64,000 nucleotides of DNA from an uncultured Veillonellaceae bacterium (lineage in GTDB: Bacteria > Bacillota > Negativicutes > JARBTT01), in NCBI GenBank assembly GCA_963805085.1, contig CAWDTA010000002.1, positions 736,001-800,000 of the forward strand, read 5' to 3'. The notes beneath the pieces were generated by a model, which made no database searches, was not told the origin of the DNA, and saw only the letters and a list, made by a program, of their open reading frames with translations. Shown piece by piece: positions 9,987 to 20,408 of the stretch (positions are counted from its first letter, which is position 1; the number at the start of each line of letters is the position of its first letter). The position numbers and the translations under genes are program-made.

Positions 9987-10440
9987 CTATTCTCCAATAA
10001 CTTTCCCTTTAAACACAAAGGTCCTATAACATTTCCAATTAACTTTATTAAACACTGGGTTCTCATAATACCGTCGTAGCCCATTTATATCAAGGATAAT
10101 AATCCGCCGTTCATCTCCTCCTAGCACTTTGCCTTTTTTCATAACACTGAACACGCGACTTACAGTCTCCCTAGTGGTTCTCGCTAAATTAGCAATATCC
10201 TTCCTAGTAATGTCAAGGTCTAGCCCACGGCAGCTTTCTCTACCATGACGACGAGTCAAGCTCTCTACTTCCTTGGTTATTTTTGCGTAACTGCCGGAAA
10301 ACGCAAGTGATTTCACCTTTTTCTGAATGAACATCAGTTTTTTGCTCATAACCTGAATGACGCTCATAGCAACCCGAGGATGATTGATAATTACCGTTTC
10401 AAGTTCACTAAAGTGTTTGAAAGAAAATACATAAAAACCG
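9987..10440 (-). pseudogene. 5'-truncated Crp/Fnr regulator
   Basis: Only the C-helix and HTH (IANLARTTRETVSR) remain; no credible start. Confidence 0.7.
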
Positions 10441-10702
10441 ACGTTGTAAGGATAATCCAAGAATGAATCGCAAACAAAATCCAGGAACTAAAACAAGAAT
10501 AAACTTAGCATAGAGCGGATGTCGACAAAATGCATAAAATCCTTCTCGATAAAGAAAACCCAACTTATATATTGTAAAAATCAAGCGAATTGGACTCTTT
10601 TACTCACATCACTTTATATGCTGCTACCATAATGAAAAAATATTGAAATAAGTCCGTATCACCTTTTTTGCGTGCTACGGACTTATTTTTTTGGATTGCT
10701 AA

Positions 10703-10969
10703 TCAATCACTTATTTTTTCTATTTTAAATATGTTTATAACCTTTGGGTCCGGACAACAAAATACACCTGTGTCGCCTTCTTCACCTGGAATACTGCCGC
10801 CATATCTTAAAATATCGATATACGGAAATGCTACATGCAAAGCCATTGGGCACATAGCACCTCTTTCTGTATCAAAATTAAACGTATCGCCAATTTTGTG
10901 ATTATAATGACATACTCCACTCTCTTTTTTCTCTATTAGGGTTAATTTTATCCTAGGTTTTCTTCCCAT
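10703..10969 (-). CDS. TIGR04076-like small Cys-containing protein
   Basis: CHYNHKIGD, MCPMA and CCPD motifs; RBS aagggg. Confidence 0.7.
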   Translation of the reverse strand: MGRKPRIKLTLIEKKESGVCHYNHKIGDTFNFDTERGAMCPMALHVAFPYIDILRYGGSIPGEEGDTGVFCCPDPKVINIFKIEKISD

Positions 10970-11009
10970 ACTATTACTGCCCCTTCCAATTAATTAAGTC
11001 AATGTAAAC

Positions 11010-11270
11010 TCACTTTAATAGAGGATATAACGATAAATCTTCCTTTCTGATTCTTTCATTAAGTGCAGAAAAACCTTTCTTTGATTCAAGCAAAAAGGGC
11101 ACAGCATCTTCGGTAATCTTACTTGCACCTAAATATTTTATTTTATATTCATCAAAGACCTTTGCTAACTCACCCATTTCATTGACAAAGGCTTCAGCAG
11201 CAGTTCTGATTTTAATATCTTGATGCCTACTAAAAACCGGATAAACAAATTTATCTTCCGATGCTATTAG
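11010..11270 (-). pseudogene. Hemerythrin-like domain fragment
   Basis: SEDKFVYP and RIRKEDLSLYP motifs; N-terminus missing. Confidence 0.55.
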
Positions 11271-11744
11271 TGGGATTTCCAAATCTAGTATACCGGTATC
11301 CGGCCTCAGCGTCAGAAAAGATTCTTCCACCTTGCTCGGCTGAATCAAGCAGGAAGGTTGCGGTTCGATAAATCAACGTAGCAGTTGAACCTGTAATATT
11401 CTTTTTATTTCTAGCATGTATCGTGTTCAATCAGAGTTGTGAAGAAAGTCGCGGCCGTAGTTTCGTAAGCACTGACTTCATAGATTTCCTTCAATTTTCT
11501 CATCCCCTTCCGGGTTCTCTAGCATCATTCGTGAATTACAGCGCACGGTCCATGTTGCCCATACTGCAAAAAAACGCTGTTCGTCCGCACGAGGGGTGCT
11601 ATCTTATTTCAATATTGATACGACCTACTTCTAACTATGATATAAAAAAAACATTTATTTGTCTGTGAACCGAATTATGATTTAGTTATACAAACTGGAG
11701 TACATACAGTTTCAAATAGCGAGGAGGAAACCATAATGAGTCAA

Positions 11745-12143
11745 TTATTTCTCAATCAGGCGCTGATGAAATATGCAAGCCTTGGTACAGGAGTGCATAA
11801 CCTGATCAAACGGCAAAAATAAGATTTTTGCGTTCGCCGCAGCAAAAAAAGTTACCGTAGAGAGAATTCTGCTGTCGCAGGCAAACGTTTCACCGAATAA
11901 TTCTGTCTTTCTTATAAATACAAGTATGCTCTTATTTCCCCATAAATCTTCTTTGATCATATGCACCATACCGTCTAAAACGATGCCGACGCATTTCATG
12001 GGCTCACCGGAAAGCGATATGAACTCGCCCTTATTGTACGTTTTCACATAACTGCCAATACAGTCCAACATAACCTCAAAATCTTCTTCTTTGATACCCG
12101 CGAAAAGCGTCATACTAGAGATTGTGCTAATATACTCCTTCAT
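11745..12143 (-). pseudogene. 3'-truncated Crp/Fnr regulator (sensor domain only)
   Basis: RBS and ATG, LFAGI...FGE cNMP-like domain; ends before any HTH. Confidence 0.7.
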
Positions 12144-12298
12144 GTTACCACCTCAAAGCAATTATAACGGAGCAATACGCACGTTACAACTGTAACCTTT
12201 ATCCCTTGATTAAGCTTCAGGAGGCGTAAAAATACCCGCTGCAGTAAATCTTCATTAATCGCTATACAGTTCCGCCAATACGGCGGTGTGCCAAGCAG

Positions 12299-13053
12299 AC
12301 AATCAAAACCACCCGTCCAACGGGTGGTTTGAACTGAGGCTGTAAGCCTCTATTACTAGCCAGCGTCTAAAGGCGCTGGCTTTCACTTTGTTCAAGCCAC
12401 TGTGGTTTTGTCATTTTTACTATCCCTCAAGGGATATTTGTACTATTTTACTTTTTACCCTTAAAAGGGTCTTCATATTCTCTAACACTTAATTTATCTA
12501 GTGCCTGATCATGTTTTTCTTGCTCTTGTATATATTTTTTTATAGTGGCTTCATTCAATCCTACTGTACTTACATAATATCCTTCTGCCCAAAAATGTCT
12601 GTTCCCATATTTATACTTTAGGTTACTATGCTTTTCGAATATCATCAGTGCACTTTTTCCTTTTAAGTATCCCATAAATGCAGATACACTAATTTTCGGT
12701 GGTATTGACACTAACATATGCACATGGTCTACCATCAAATGCCCCTCTAATATTTCTACCCCCTTGTAACTACATAATCTCCTTAATATTTCCCCTATAC
12801 TTTCTCTGTATTGCCCATATATTATTTTTCTTCTATACTTCGGCGTAAATACTATATGATACTTGCACATCCATTTGGTATGTGCTAAACTTTGAGCCAT
12901 AAACTCACCGATCCTTTCTTGTAATAGTGGCCTGAACACCCTCTATTATAAGAATCCGGTGAGTTTTTGTATAACTTCTGTCGCGCACCTGCATAGCAGG
13001 TGGTTTTTTGTTTCGTTCGCTTCGCTACCTCAACAGACTAAAGTCTAAAATAA
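12299..13053 (-). mobile_element. IS200/IS605-family element, tnpA only (copy 1)
   Basis: 755-bp stretch shared with 42050-42804; subterminal hairpins at both ends; no terminal inverted repeats. Confidence 0.95.
12448..12900 (-). CDS. tnpA: IS200 Y1/HUH transposase
   Basis: YHIVFTPKYRR, DHVHML (HUH), FWAEGYYVSTVG and YIQEQ motifs. Confidence 0.97.
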   Translation of the reverse strand: MAQSLAHTKWMCKYHIVFTPKYRRKIIYGQYRESIGEILRRLCSYKGVEILEGHLMVDHVHMLVSIPPKISVSAFMGYLKGKSALMIFEKHSNLKYKYGNRHFWAEGYYVSTVGLNEATIKKYIQEQEKHDQALDKLSVREYEDPFKGKK

Positions 13054-13218
13054 CACATAAATAAAAAGGCCACGGATTTTTATTTATGCTGACTTTTTCC
13101 TGAATCCATGCCTATATCATTTATCCAGCAAGGTGCGTTTAGCTATTTTGGGGGCTTGCCCGAAAGGTGCTCGACGTTTATCTTGATAACTTTGTTTTTT
13201 TTCGCTTGCGTTTTTGAT

Positions 13219-13258
13219 AACACTTGCCTTCACCGCGAGAATTTTAGGGCTTGCTTAG
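13219..13258 (+). repeat. Relic copy of feoB 3' end
   Basis: Reads TLAFTARILGLA* versus feoB TLAFTTRILGLA*. Confidence 0.85.
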
Positions 13259-13316
13259 AAAAAACAAAAATGCTACTAACTCCGTTTTAAAGTTAGCTGC
13301 ATTTTTTGTTTTTTTT
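13259..13316. terminator. Bidirectional terminator
   Basis: aaaaatgc-tactaact / agttagct-gcatttttt stem with A/T tails, downstream of xylB and of the feoB relic. Confidence 0.65.
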
Positions 13317-14838
13317 ATAATTGAGCCAATTGATGATACTGCTCTTTTAAACTTTGATAAATCGACTGATATAATTTTTGACCTTTTTCATAATAAGCGC
13401 GATTTTGCGGAATCGGCTGGCAATAGTCTTTAGTACAAACAAAACGTTCACAGGCTTCTTCAACACTGGAAAATAGTCCTGCACCAACCCCAGCAAGAAT
13501 TGCTACCCCAAGCGCTGGTCCTTCTTGTGCGGCTACAGTCTTAACTTCACAACCGTACATATCCGCGAGCATCTGCCGCCAGATCGGACTTTTGCCACCA
13601 CCACCACAGGCCATCATTTCATTTACTTGAATTCCCATTTCGATAAGAATATCATTGCAGTCTTTAAGCGAATAAGATACGCCTTCCATTACAGCGCGAA
13701 TGAGATCTTCCTTGGTATGCATTGCAGAAAGGCCAAAAAATACACCACGACATTCTGGATTTAAATGAGGCGTCCGTTCTCCCATAAGATACGGCAAATA
13801 CATGAGACGGTTACTTCCGATTGGTACCTTTTGTACAGCCGCATTCATTAGATCGTATGGATCGACTCGTTTTATTGCAGCCTGTTCTTTATAGTCACTA
13901 CAAAAGTTATCACGGAACCATTTCAGTGACAGCCCCGCAGCTTGCGTAACGCCCATCACATGCCAGCAGCCTGGAACCGCACAACAAAACGTATGCACCC
14001 GCCCCTTTGGATCAATTTTCACCTGGCTGCTATGTGCAAATACAACCCCACTCGTACCAATCGTTGTAAATGCACGGCCATCTTTAACAATACCCGTACC
14101 AATCGCCGCCGCTGCATTATCACCAGCTCCACCAACCACAACAGTCGCAGTCGAAAGGCCCGTTTTATCGGCAATTTCCTTTGTAATCGAACCCGTAACC
14201 TCTGGTGATTCATAAACCTTAGCCAACAAACATTTATCGATTGCAAGTTTTTCGAGAACTTCATCTGACCAACAGCGCTTTGGAATATCAAGCAGCTGCA
14301 TACCACTCGCATCCGAAACTTCTGTTGCATATTGACCGGTTAATTTAAAACGAATATAATCCTTCGGTAAAAGAATATGCCTGCATTTTGCATAATTTTC
14401 TGGCTCGTGATTTCGCACCCACAGAATTTTTGATGCTGTAAACCCAGTCAATGCTGGATTTGCTGTGATCTCGATCAACCGCTTAGCACCAACTTTTTCT
14501 GTAATTTCCGCACATTCAGCAGCCGTTCGCTGATCGCACCAAATAATCGATGGGCGAATGACCGCGTTATTCTCATCAAGCATAACGAGTCCATGCATTT
14601 GGCCAGAAAGACCAATGCCTTTGACATCCGCACCACGTACGCCTGCCTTTTGTAACACCTCTTGCAGCGTACTAATTGTTGCTTCATACCAATTCGCTGG
14701 ATCTTGTTCTGCCCAGCCATTTTGCGGCTGATATAGCGGATAATCCCGCGATGATGCCGCTATTATAGTGCATGATTCATCAAAAAGTACCGTTTTCGTC
14801 GCTGAAGTTCCGATGTCAATCCCGATTAAATAGTTCAT
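13315..14838 (-). CDS. xylB: Xylulokinase (FGGY family)
   Basis: GIDIGTS, GLSGQMHG, GAGDNAA, LPYLMGERTP and GGGGKS motifs. Confidence 0.9.
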   Translation of the reverse strand: MNYLIGIDIGTSATKTVLFDESCTIIAASSRDYPLYQPQNGWAEQDPANWYEATISTLQEVLQKAGVRGADVKGIGLSGQMHGLVMLDENNAVIRPSIIWCDQRTAAECAEITEKVGAKRLIEITANPALTGFTASKILWVRNHEPENYAKCRHILLPKDYIRFKLTGQYATEVSDASGMQLLDIPKRCWSDEVLEKLAIDKCLLAKVYESPEVTGSITKEIADKTGLSTATVVVGGAGDNAAAAIGTGIVKDGRAFTTIGTSGVVFAHSSQVKIDPKGRVHTFCCAVPGCWHVMGVTQAAGLSLKWFRDNFCSDYKEQAAIKRVDPYDLMNAAVQKVPIGSNRLMYLPYLMGERTPHLNPECRGVFFGLSAMHTKEDLIRAVMEGVSYSLKDCNDILIEMGIQVNEMMACGGGGKSPIWRQMLADMYGCEVKTVAAQEGPALGVAILAGVGAGLFSSVEEACERFVCTKDYCQPIPQNRAYYEKGQKLYQSIYQSLKEQYHQLAQL

Positions 14839-14896
14839 TTTTCACCAGCTCCATTTCAAAAAAATTTAATTTAAAGCAGTCTATAAACTTTTATTT

Positions 14897-15922
14897 TCAA
14901 TTAATATTTTCTAATATCTTAATTTCATTTTTTAAAATATGTTGCACTTTAGTTGGTTGTAATCCATTCACCAAATAATTAAATACTACATCAACCGATT
15001 TATGACCTTGGGAATAAGGATGCTGATAAATCGTTGCCTGAATGATCTGTTTTTTTAGCATCTCTACTGTCGTAGGCACGCTATCAAAAGAAATGATTGT
15101 CAATTTACTTTGCAGTCCTAACGATAATACAGCCCTGCAAACACCATAAACTCCACCAGCAACAATAAAAATTGCATTGATTTTAGGATGTTTCACTAAC
15201 ATTTCTTTCGTTATCTCAAATGCCAAAATATCATCATCATCATTTTCTACATAATCCACAATATGTAATTCTGGATATTTCTGCTTCATCACATGCTTAA
15301 AGCCCTCCACTCGTTGTTGATGTCCCAACGCTTTGAACGAACCCGTAACAATGCCAATTTCTGCTTGACCTCTTGTCAACAATCCCATAATTCCACAGGC
15401 CGTTTCACCGCCATTGAAGTAATTACTTCCAACATAACAAGCACGGCGACTATTTTCTATGTCATTATTTAAAGTTACGACAAAAATGCCAGATTCTACG
15501 AGTTCATCAATCTTAGCTTTAATCCTTTCATCACTGATAGGATTTAAGATTAACGCATTGATTTCACCTTTCATTGCGTCAATGATTTTACATTGTTTCT
15601 CAACATCATAGCCCTTCATGCTCTTTAACTCGATTTTCATACCGTAAACACTATACTCTTTTTCTGCTGCGCGGATTCCACGGATAACATCATCAAAAAA
15701 TGGATTTCCCTCCGCTACAAGCAAAACACCAATCACAAGATTTTTTCTTTTCGCCGAAAGCGCTCGTCCAGCTGGATTTGGTTTATAACCAAGCTCACTG
15801 GCAACTTTTTTTACTAATTCTTCTGTTTGTGATTTTACTTTTCCACGATCATTGAGTACTCGATCAACGGTTCCCCTTGAAACACCACAAATTTCTGCTA
15901 TTTTTTTAATTGTTATTGTCAT
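14897..15922 (-). CDS. LacI-family regulator with sugar-binding domain
   Basis: ITIKKIAEICGVSRGTVDRVLN helix-turn-helix. Confidence 0.92.
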   Translation of the reverse strand: MTITIKKIAEICGVSRGTVDRVLNDRGKVKSQTEELVKKVASELGYKPNPAGRALSAKRKNLVIGVLLVAEGNPFFDDVIRGIRAAEKEYSVYGMKIELKSMKGYDVEKQCKIIDAMKGEINALILNPISDERIKAKIDELVESGIFVVTLNNDIENSRRACYVGSNYFNGGETACGIMGLLTRGQAEIGIVTGSFKALGHQQRVEGFKHVMKQKYPELHIVDYVENDDDDILAFEITKEMLVKHPKINAIFIVAGGVYGVCRAVLSLGLQSKLTIISFDSVPTTVEMLKKQIIQATIYQHPYSQGHKSVDVVFNYLVNGLQPTKVQHILKNEIKILENIN

Positions 15923-15989
15923 TTTTATTTATCCTTAATCTATACTAAAATCACTTTTCACAACATCTCCATTAATTGATATCATCCTA

Positions 15990-17210
15990 TCATTTCTTTG
16001 CTTGGTTGTAAATGTCAAAACCCACTGCGATCAAAAGTACAAGCCCTTTGATTCCCATCTGCCAGTCGATACCAATCCCCATAATGGACATACCATTATT
16101 CAAAACCCCCATAACAAGCCCACCAACAATTGCTCCTACAATCGTTCCGACCCCGCCTGTTGCCGATGCACCACCGATATAACAAGCCGCAATTGCATCA
16201 AGTTCAAAACCATTACCAGCGGTTGGTCCTGCACAATTAAGCCGCGCTGAAAAGACCAATCCAGCAATTGCAGCCAACAGTCCCATATTAACAAAAACAA
16301 GGAATCTTATCCACTTTGTCTTAATACCAGAGAGCTGTGTTGCTCGTTCATTTCCGCCTAATGCATAAATATGCCGCCCTAACACAGTTCTATGTGTCAC
16401 AAAAGAATAGATTATAATCAAGGCTGCGAGTAGTAGCAAAATGATTGGCATGCCCTTAAATTGATTCAACCAATAGGCTGCATATAAGCAAACAAATGTG
16501 ACTAAACTTAGTTTCGCTATAAAAGCTTCTTTACTACTCACTTTCACTCCATATTGCATATATTGTTTGCGTGCATTTATTTCTGATATTACATAGCAAA
16601 TAGCAACGATAATCCCGACAAGCATCGTGCTATAGGGAATAGCGCCAATCAGCGGAATATCAGATAAAAACTTTTGCGCTACAAACTGATAAGACTCTGG
16701 AAATGGTGACAATGTATTTCCATCAAGAATAACCATCGTTGCTCCACGAAAAAGAAGCATGCCTGCCAAAGTTACAATAAAGGATGGAACCTTAGCAAAC
16801 GCAACCCAAAAGCCTTGCCAAGCTCCAATTAAAAGCCCCACAACCAAACAAACAACAATGGTTAGTCCAACTGACATATTCATGGAAATGAGCATTGTCC
16901 CCGCAATAGCGCCAACTACGGCAATGACCGAGCCAACAGACAGATCAATATCTCCAGTCAAAATACAGGGTAACATTCCTATTGCCAGAATTAAAATATA
17001 ACTATTTTGCATGATAAGTTTGGATACATTCATTGGTGCAAGTAAAATTCCTTGTGTAAGCCACTGAAATAGCAGCGCAATAACAATAAGGGCAATAAAC
17101 ATCGCATATTTTCGAATTGCCATTTGAATTATGCTTTTCTTAAATACACTACTAAAAGGATTGGTATCGGTAGTTTGATGATGAATTCCAACGGTACCTT
17201 TGCTCAACAT
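15990..17210 (-). CDS. Multiple monosaccharide ABC transporter permease (GguB/XylH-like)
   Basis: IDLSVGS, GRHIYALGGN and ELDAIAACYIGG motifs. Confidence 0.9.
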   Translation of the reverse strand: MLSKGTVGIHHQTTDTNPFSSVFKKSIIQMAIRKYAMFIALIVIALLFQWLTQGILLAPMNVSKLIMQNSYILILAIGMLPCILTGDIDLSVGSVIAVVGAIAGTMLISMNMSVGLTIVVCLVVGLLIGAWQGFWVAFAKVPSFIVTLAGMLLFRGATMVILDGNTLSPFPESYQFVAQKFLSDIPLIGAIPYSTMLVGIIVAICYVISEINARKQYMQYGVKVSSKEAFIAKLSLVTFVCLYAAYWLNQFKGMPIILLLLAALIIIYSFVTHRTVLGRHIYALGGNERATQLSGIKTKWIRFLVFVNMGLLAAIAGLVFSARLNCAGPTAGNGFELDAIAACYIGGASATGGVGTIVGAIVGGLVMGVLNNGMSIMGIGIDWQMGIKGLVLLIAVGFDIYNQAKK

Positions 17211-17223
17211 TATATCATTCCCC

Positions 17224-18756
17224 CTAGTTATTACTTTGCATAATGCACTTCATAATACTCTCTTGAGATGCGTCAGCTTTGGCAAGCTCGCCTACAAAAC
17301 GCCCCTCATTCATTACATAAATCCGATCACTGATACCCAGTACTTCTGTCAACTCAGAGGATATAACAATCACCGACTTTCCTTGTGCTGCCAAATCATT
17401 GATAATACAATAAACTTCATATTTTGCTCCAACATCGATCCCTCTTGTTGGTTCATCAAGGATAAGTACATCTGGATTAGCATAAATCCATCTGGCAAGC
17501 ATAACTTTCTGTTGATTGCCACCCGATAGATTTCCAGTATTTTGATAAATTCCCGGTGCCTTTATTTTCAGCCGCGTCAAATATTCTTCTGACACCTTTA
17601 CTTCTTCATTTTCATTTACTACACCATGCGCCGAAAGTTTCTCTAAACTCGGCAAGGTTGTGTTAACCCTGATATCATTAATTAAAATAAGTCCTTGTTT
17701 TTTTCTATCCTCCGTAACATACGCTATGCCATTCTGAATCGCATCAGATACACATTTTATCTGAAGCTCTTTACCATCTTTCATCATTACCCCGGAAATA
17801 TCAGTACCATAAGATCGCCCAAAAATACTCATTGCAAGCTCTGTTCTCCCGGCTCCCATTAGACCAGCTATCCCAACAACTTCACCTTTTCTTACATTAA
17901 AGCTCACATCGTTGACTGCAAGTTTCTCTAAAATTTCTGGAGAATGAACCGTCCAATTTTTCACTTCAAAGCAAACATCACCAAGATGACTTTCCCTCAT
18001 TGGATAACGATGGGTGATATCACGACCAACCATCCCGCGAATAATTCTATCTTCTGTAATCTTTTCAACATGGGTATCAATCGTTTCAATCGTCATCCCA
18101 TCACGAACTACTGTGATTTTATCCGCTACTTTCGTCACTTCATTTAATTTATGTGAAATAATAATTGCCGACATATTACAATCTTCACGTAATCTTAATA
18201 ATAGTTCTAAAAGTTTTTCACTATCCGCATCATTTAAGGCTGCCGTCGGCTCATCAAGAATCAGCAGCCTTACATTCTTGGATAAAGCCTTCGCAATCTC
18301 TACAAGCTGCTGTTTGCCAACACCAATTTGATTGATCGGCGTATCTGGATCTTCTTGCAGACCGACAGTTTCCATAAGTTTCATCGCGTCAAAGCGACAT
18401 TTCCCCCAATTTACGATGCCATGGCTGGCTCTTTCATTACCTAAAAAAATATTCTCTTTAATTGATAAATAAGGAATCAGCGCTAATTCTTGATGAATAA
18501 TTACGATTCCTTCATTTTCGCTTTCTCTTATATTTTGGAATTTGCATTCTTTATCATCATAAATAATATCTCCGGTATAAGTACCGTATGGATATACCCC
18601 ACTCAGAACATTCATCAACGTTGACTTTCCTGCACCATTTTCTCCAACAAGTGCATGAATCGTTTTTTCTTCTACCTTAAGCTGTACATTATTCAAAGCC
18701 TTTACGCCAGGAAATTCCTTTGTAATTTGTCGCATCTCCAATAAGACCTTGCTCAT
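17224..18756 (-). CDS. Multiple monosaccharide ABC transporter ATPase (GguA/XylG-like)
   Basis: Two ABC domains: [16 protein letters not shown] and [12 protein letters not shown]. Confidence 0.92.
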   Translation of the reverse strand: MSKVLLEMRQITKEFPGVKALNNVQLKVEEKTIHALVGENGAGKSTLMNVLSGVYPYGTYTGDIIYDDKECKFQNIRESENEGIVIIHQELALIPYLSIKENIFLGNERASHGIVNWGKCRFDAMKLMETVGLQEDPDTPINQIGVGKQQLVEIAKALSKNVRLLILDEPTAALNDADSEKLLELLLRLREDCNMSAIIISHKLNEVTKVADKITVVRDGMTIETIDTHVEKITEDRIIRGMVGRDITHRYPMRESHLGDVCFEVKNWTVHSPEILEKLAVNDVSFNVRKGEVVGIAGLMGAGRTELAMSIFGRSYGTDISGVMMKDGKELQIKCVSDAIQNGIAYVTEDRKKQGLILINDIRVNTTLPSLEKLSAHGVVNENEEVKVSEEYLTRLKIKAPGIYQNTGNLSGGNQQKVMLARWIYANPDVLILDEPTRGIDVGAKYEVYCIINDLAAQGKSVIVISSELTEVLGISDRIYVMNEGRFVGELAKADASQESIMKCIMQSNN

Positions 18757-18941
18757 TTTAGTGTTTCCTCCTGCCTGCTGAATGTACATAAGTAATGGAT
18801 ATCAGCGCAGGTGCCCCGCACCGCTATCCCTACTCATTCACTGCTTATCTCTATATAACGAATTAATACCATATGAAAATCGTCAGAAAGGGACTAACCC
18901 TATAGCCCCCTTCTGGCAGACTGATAATTGGTATCAATTCT

Positions 18942-20033
18942 TTATTTCAAATCATTTTCTTTATAATACCCTGAATCAATGAGTAACGTTTTGTAATTTG
19001 ATTTATCAACAAATTGAGGTTTACATAAATAGGATGGTACAACTTTTTTACCATTATTGTATGTGGTTGTATCATTGACTTCTGGTTCTTGTTTGTTGAC
19101 CATTGCTTCAACCATTTTAACAACTTGATCCGCAAGAGCTCTCGTATCTTTAAATACTGACATAGCTTGTTGCCCCGCAACAATTGCCTTTACATTTGCA
19201 ATATTCGCATCCTGCCCAGTAAGAATTGGCATTGGTTTATCAGCAGAACCATAGCCAGCTGATTTAAGCGCAGACTGTACCCCTAATGAAGTAGAATCAT
19301 TTGAGCATAACACTGCATCAATTTTATTAGCCGTATAATTTGCCGTAATAATATTATCCATACGCTCTTGTGCTTTTGCTTCATCCCAATTTGGCGTTGC
19401 ACATTGTTCACGAGTCGTTTGACCGGATTTAATAACTAACTGTCCTTTGTCAATATATGGTTTTAATACTTCCATAGCACCCCCAAAGAAATATACAACA
19501 TTATTATCATCTAACGGGCCAGTTGCAATTTCAAAGTTATATGGACCTTTGCCTTCTTTTAGCCCCAATTTTTCTTCTATGTATTGTCCCTGAATTTTAC
19601 CAACGCTAAAATTATCAAATGTTGCGTAAGCATTTACAGCATCCGTATTCATGATTAATCGATCATAAGCTATGATTGCACAACCTGCTGTTTTTGCTTC
19701 ATCCAAAACAGACGATAAGGCACTACCATCAATCGCACCTACAACAATAATTTTAGCTCCTTTTGTAATCATATTTTCAATTTGTGCCACTTGTGTTTCT
19801 ACTTTATTTTCCGCGAATTGAAGATCTACTTGATATCCCTTTTCTTTTAGCTTAGCTTCCATATTGGATCCATCTTGATTCCACCGTTGTAACGATTTTG
19901 TTGGCATCGACACACCAACTTTAATAGACTTTTCATTACTTGAAGTAGTAGATTGAGCTCCTCCACAGCCAACCATTATAAGTGTTGCTGCTAGCATGGC
20001 ACCCGCCAAAATTAATGCCAATATCTTTCTCAT
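18942..20033 (-). CDS. Sugar-binding lipoprotein (ChvE-like)
   Basis: Lipobox-like MVGC; MPTKSLQRW, IAYDRLI, TFDNF, TGQD and VFKDTR motifs. Confidence 0.9.
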   Translation of the reverse strand: MRKILALILAGAMLAATLIMVGCGGAQSTTSSNEKSIKVGVSMPTKSLQRWNQDGSNMEAKLKEKGYQVDLQFAENKVETQVAQIENMITKGAKIIVVGAIDGSALSSVLDEAKTAGCAIIAYDRLIMNTDAVNAYATFDNFSVGKIQGQYIEEKLGLKEGKGPYNFEIATGPLDDNNVVYFFGGAMEVLKPYIDKGQLVIKSGQTTREQCATPNWDEAKAQERMDNIITANYTANKIDAVLCSNDSTSLGVQSALKSAGYGSADKPMPILTGQDANIANVKAIVAGQQAMSVFKDTRALADQVVKMVEAMVNKQEPEVNDTTTYNNGKKVVPSYLCKPQFVDKSNYKTLLIDSGYYKENDLK

Positions 20034-20055
20034 TCGCTTATCTCTCCTTTTTTCG

Positions 20056-20110
20056 TGTGCTCAGGCACATTTAATGACTAAAGAATATCACCGAATTTTT
20101 CCCTCGTCAA
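20056..20110 (-). promoter_or_regulatory. Sigma70-type promoter with downstream palindromic operator
   Basis: TTGACG-17-TATTCT with extended TG on the minus strand; TGTGC-N4-GCACA at 20056-20069. Confidence 0.7.
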
Positions 20111-20306
20111 TATGTTATTTTCAGTTTTATTAGATTTTTCTAATTATTCAGTTATATATTGCGAAAGCATGCATAAATTATAGTATCCAAGCCATTTCTC
20201 ATATCAGACAAGTCTTTAATATATTTAATTATTATGTATGCAACCTAGATATATAATGATTATTTATTTGTTATTAAATGTCGAACTTTATCATTATAAA
20301 TTTTAT

Positions 20307-20362
20307 TTGACAAGAATAATTAGCAGTGCTATTCTTTAATCATCGTTTTGTGCTCCTGCACA
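20307..20362 (+). promoter_or_regulatory. Sigma70-type promoter with downstream palindromic operator
   Basis: TTGACA-17-TATTCT with extended TG; TGTGC-N4-GCACA at 20349-20362. Confidence 0.7.
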
Positions 20363-20408
20363 TTTTATTAAAAAGCAAAAAAAATAAATTTTTATGGAGG
20401 AATGTAAC

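Noticed and set aside
11430-11600. GC-richer patch with a CSMG-like reading (CO dehydrogenase/Hcp remnant?)
   Set aside because: Match too short and the frame is broken
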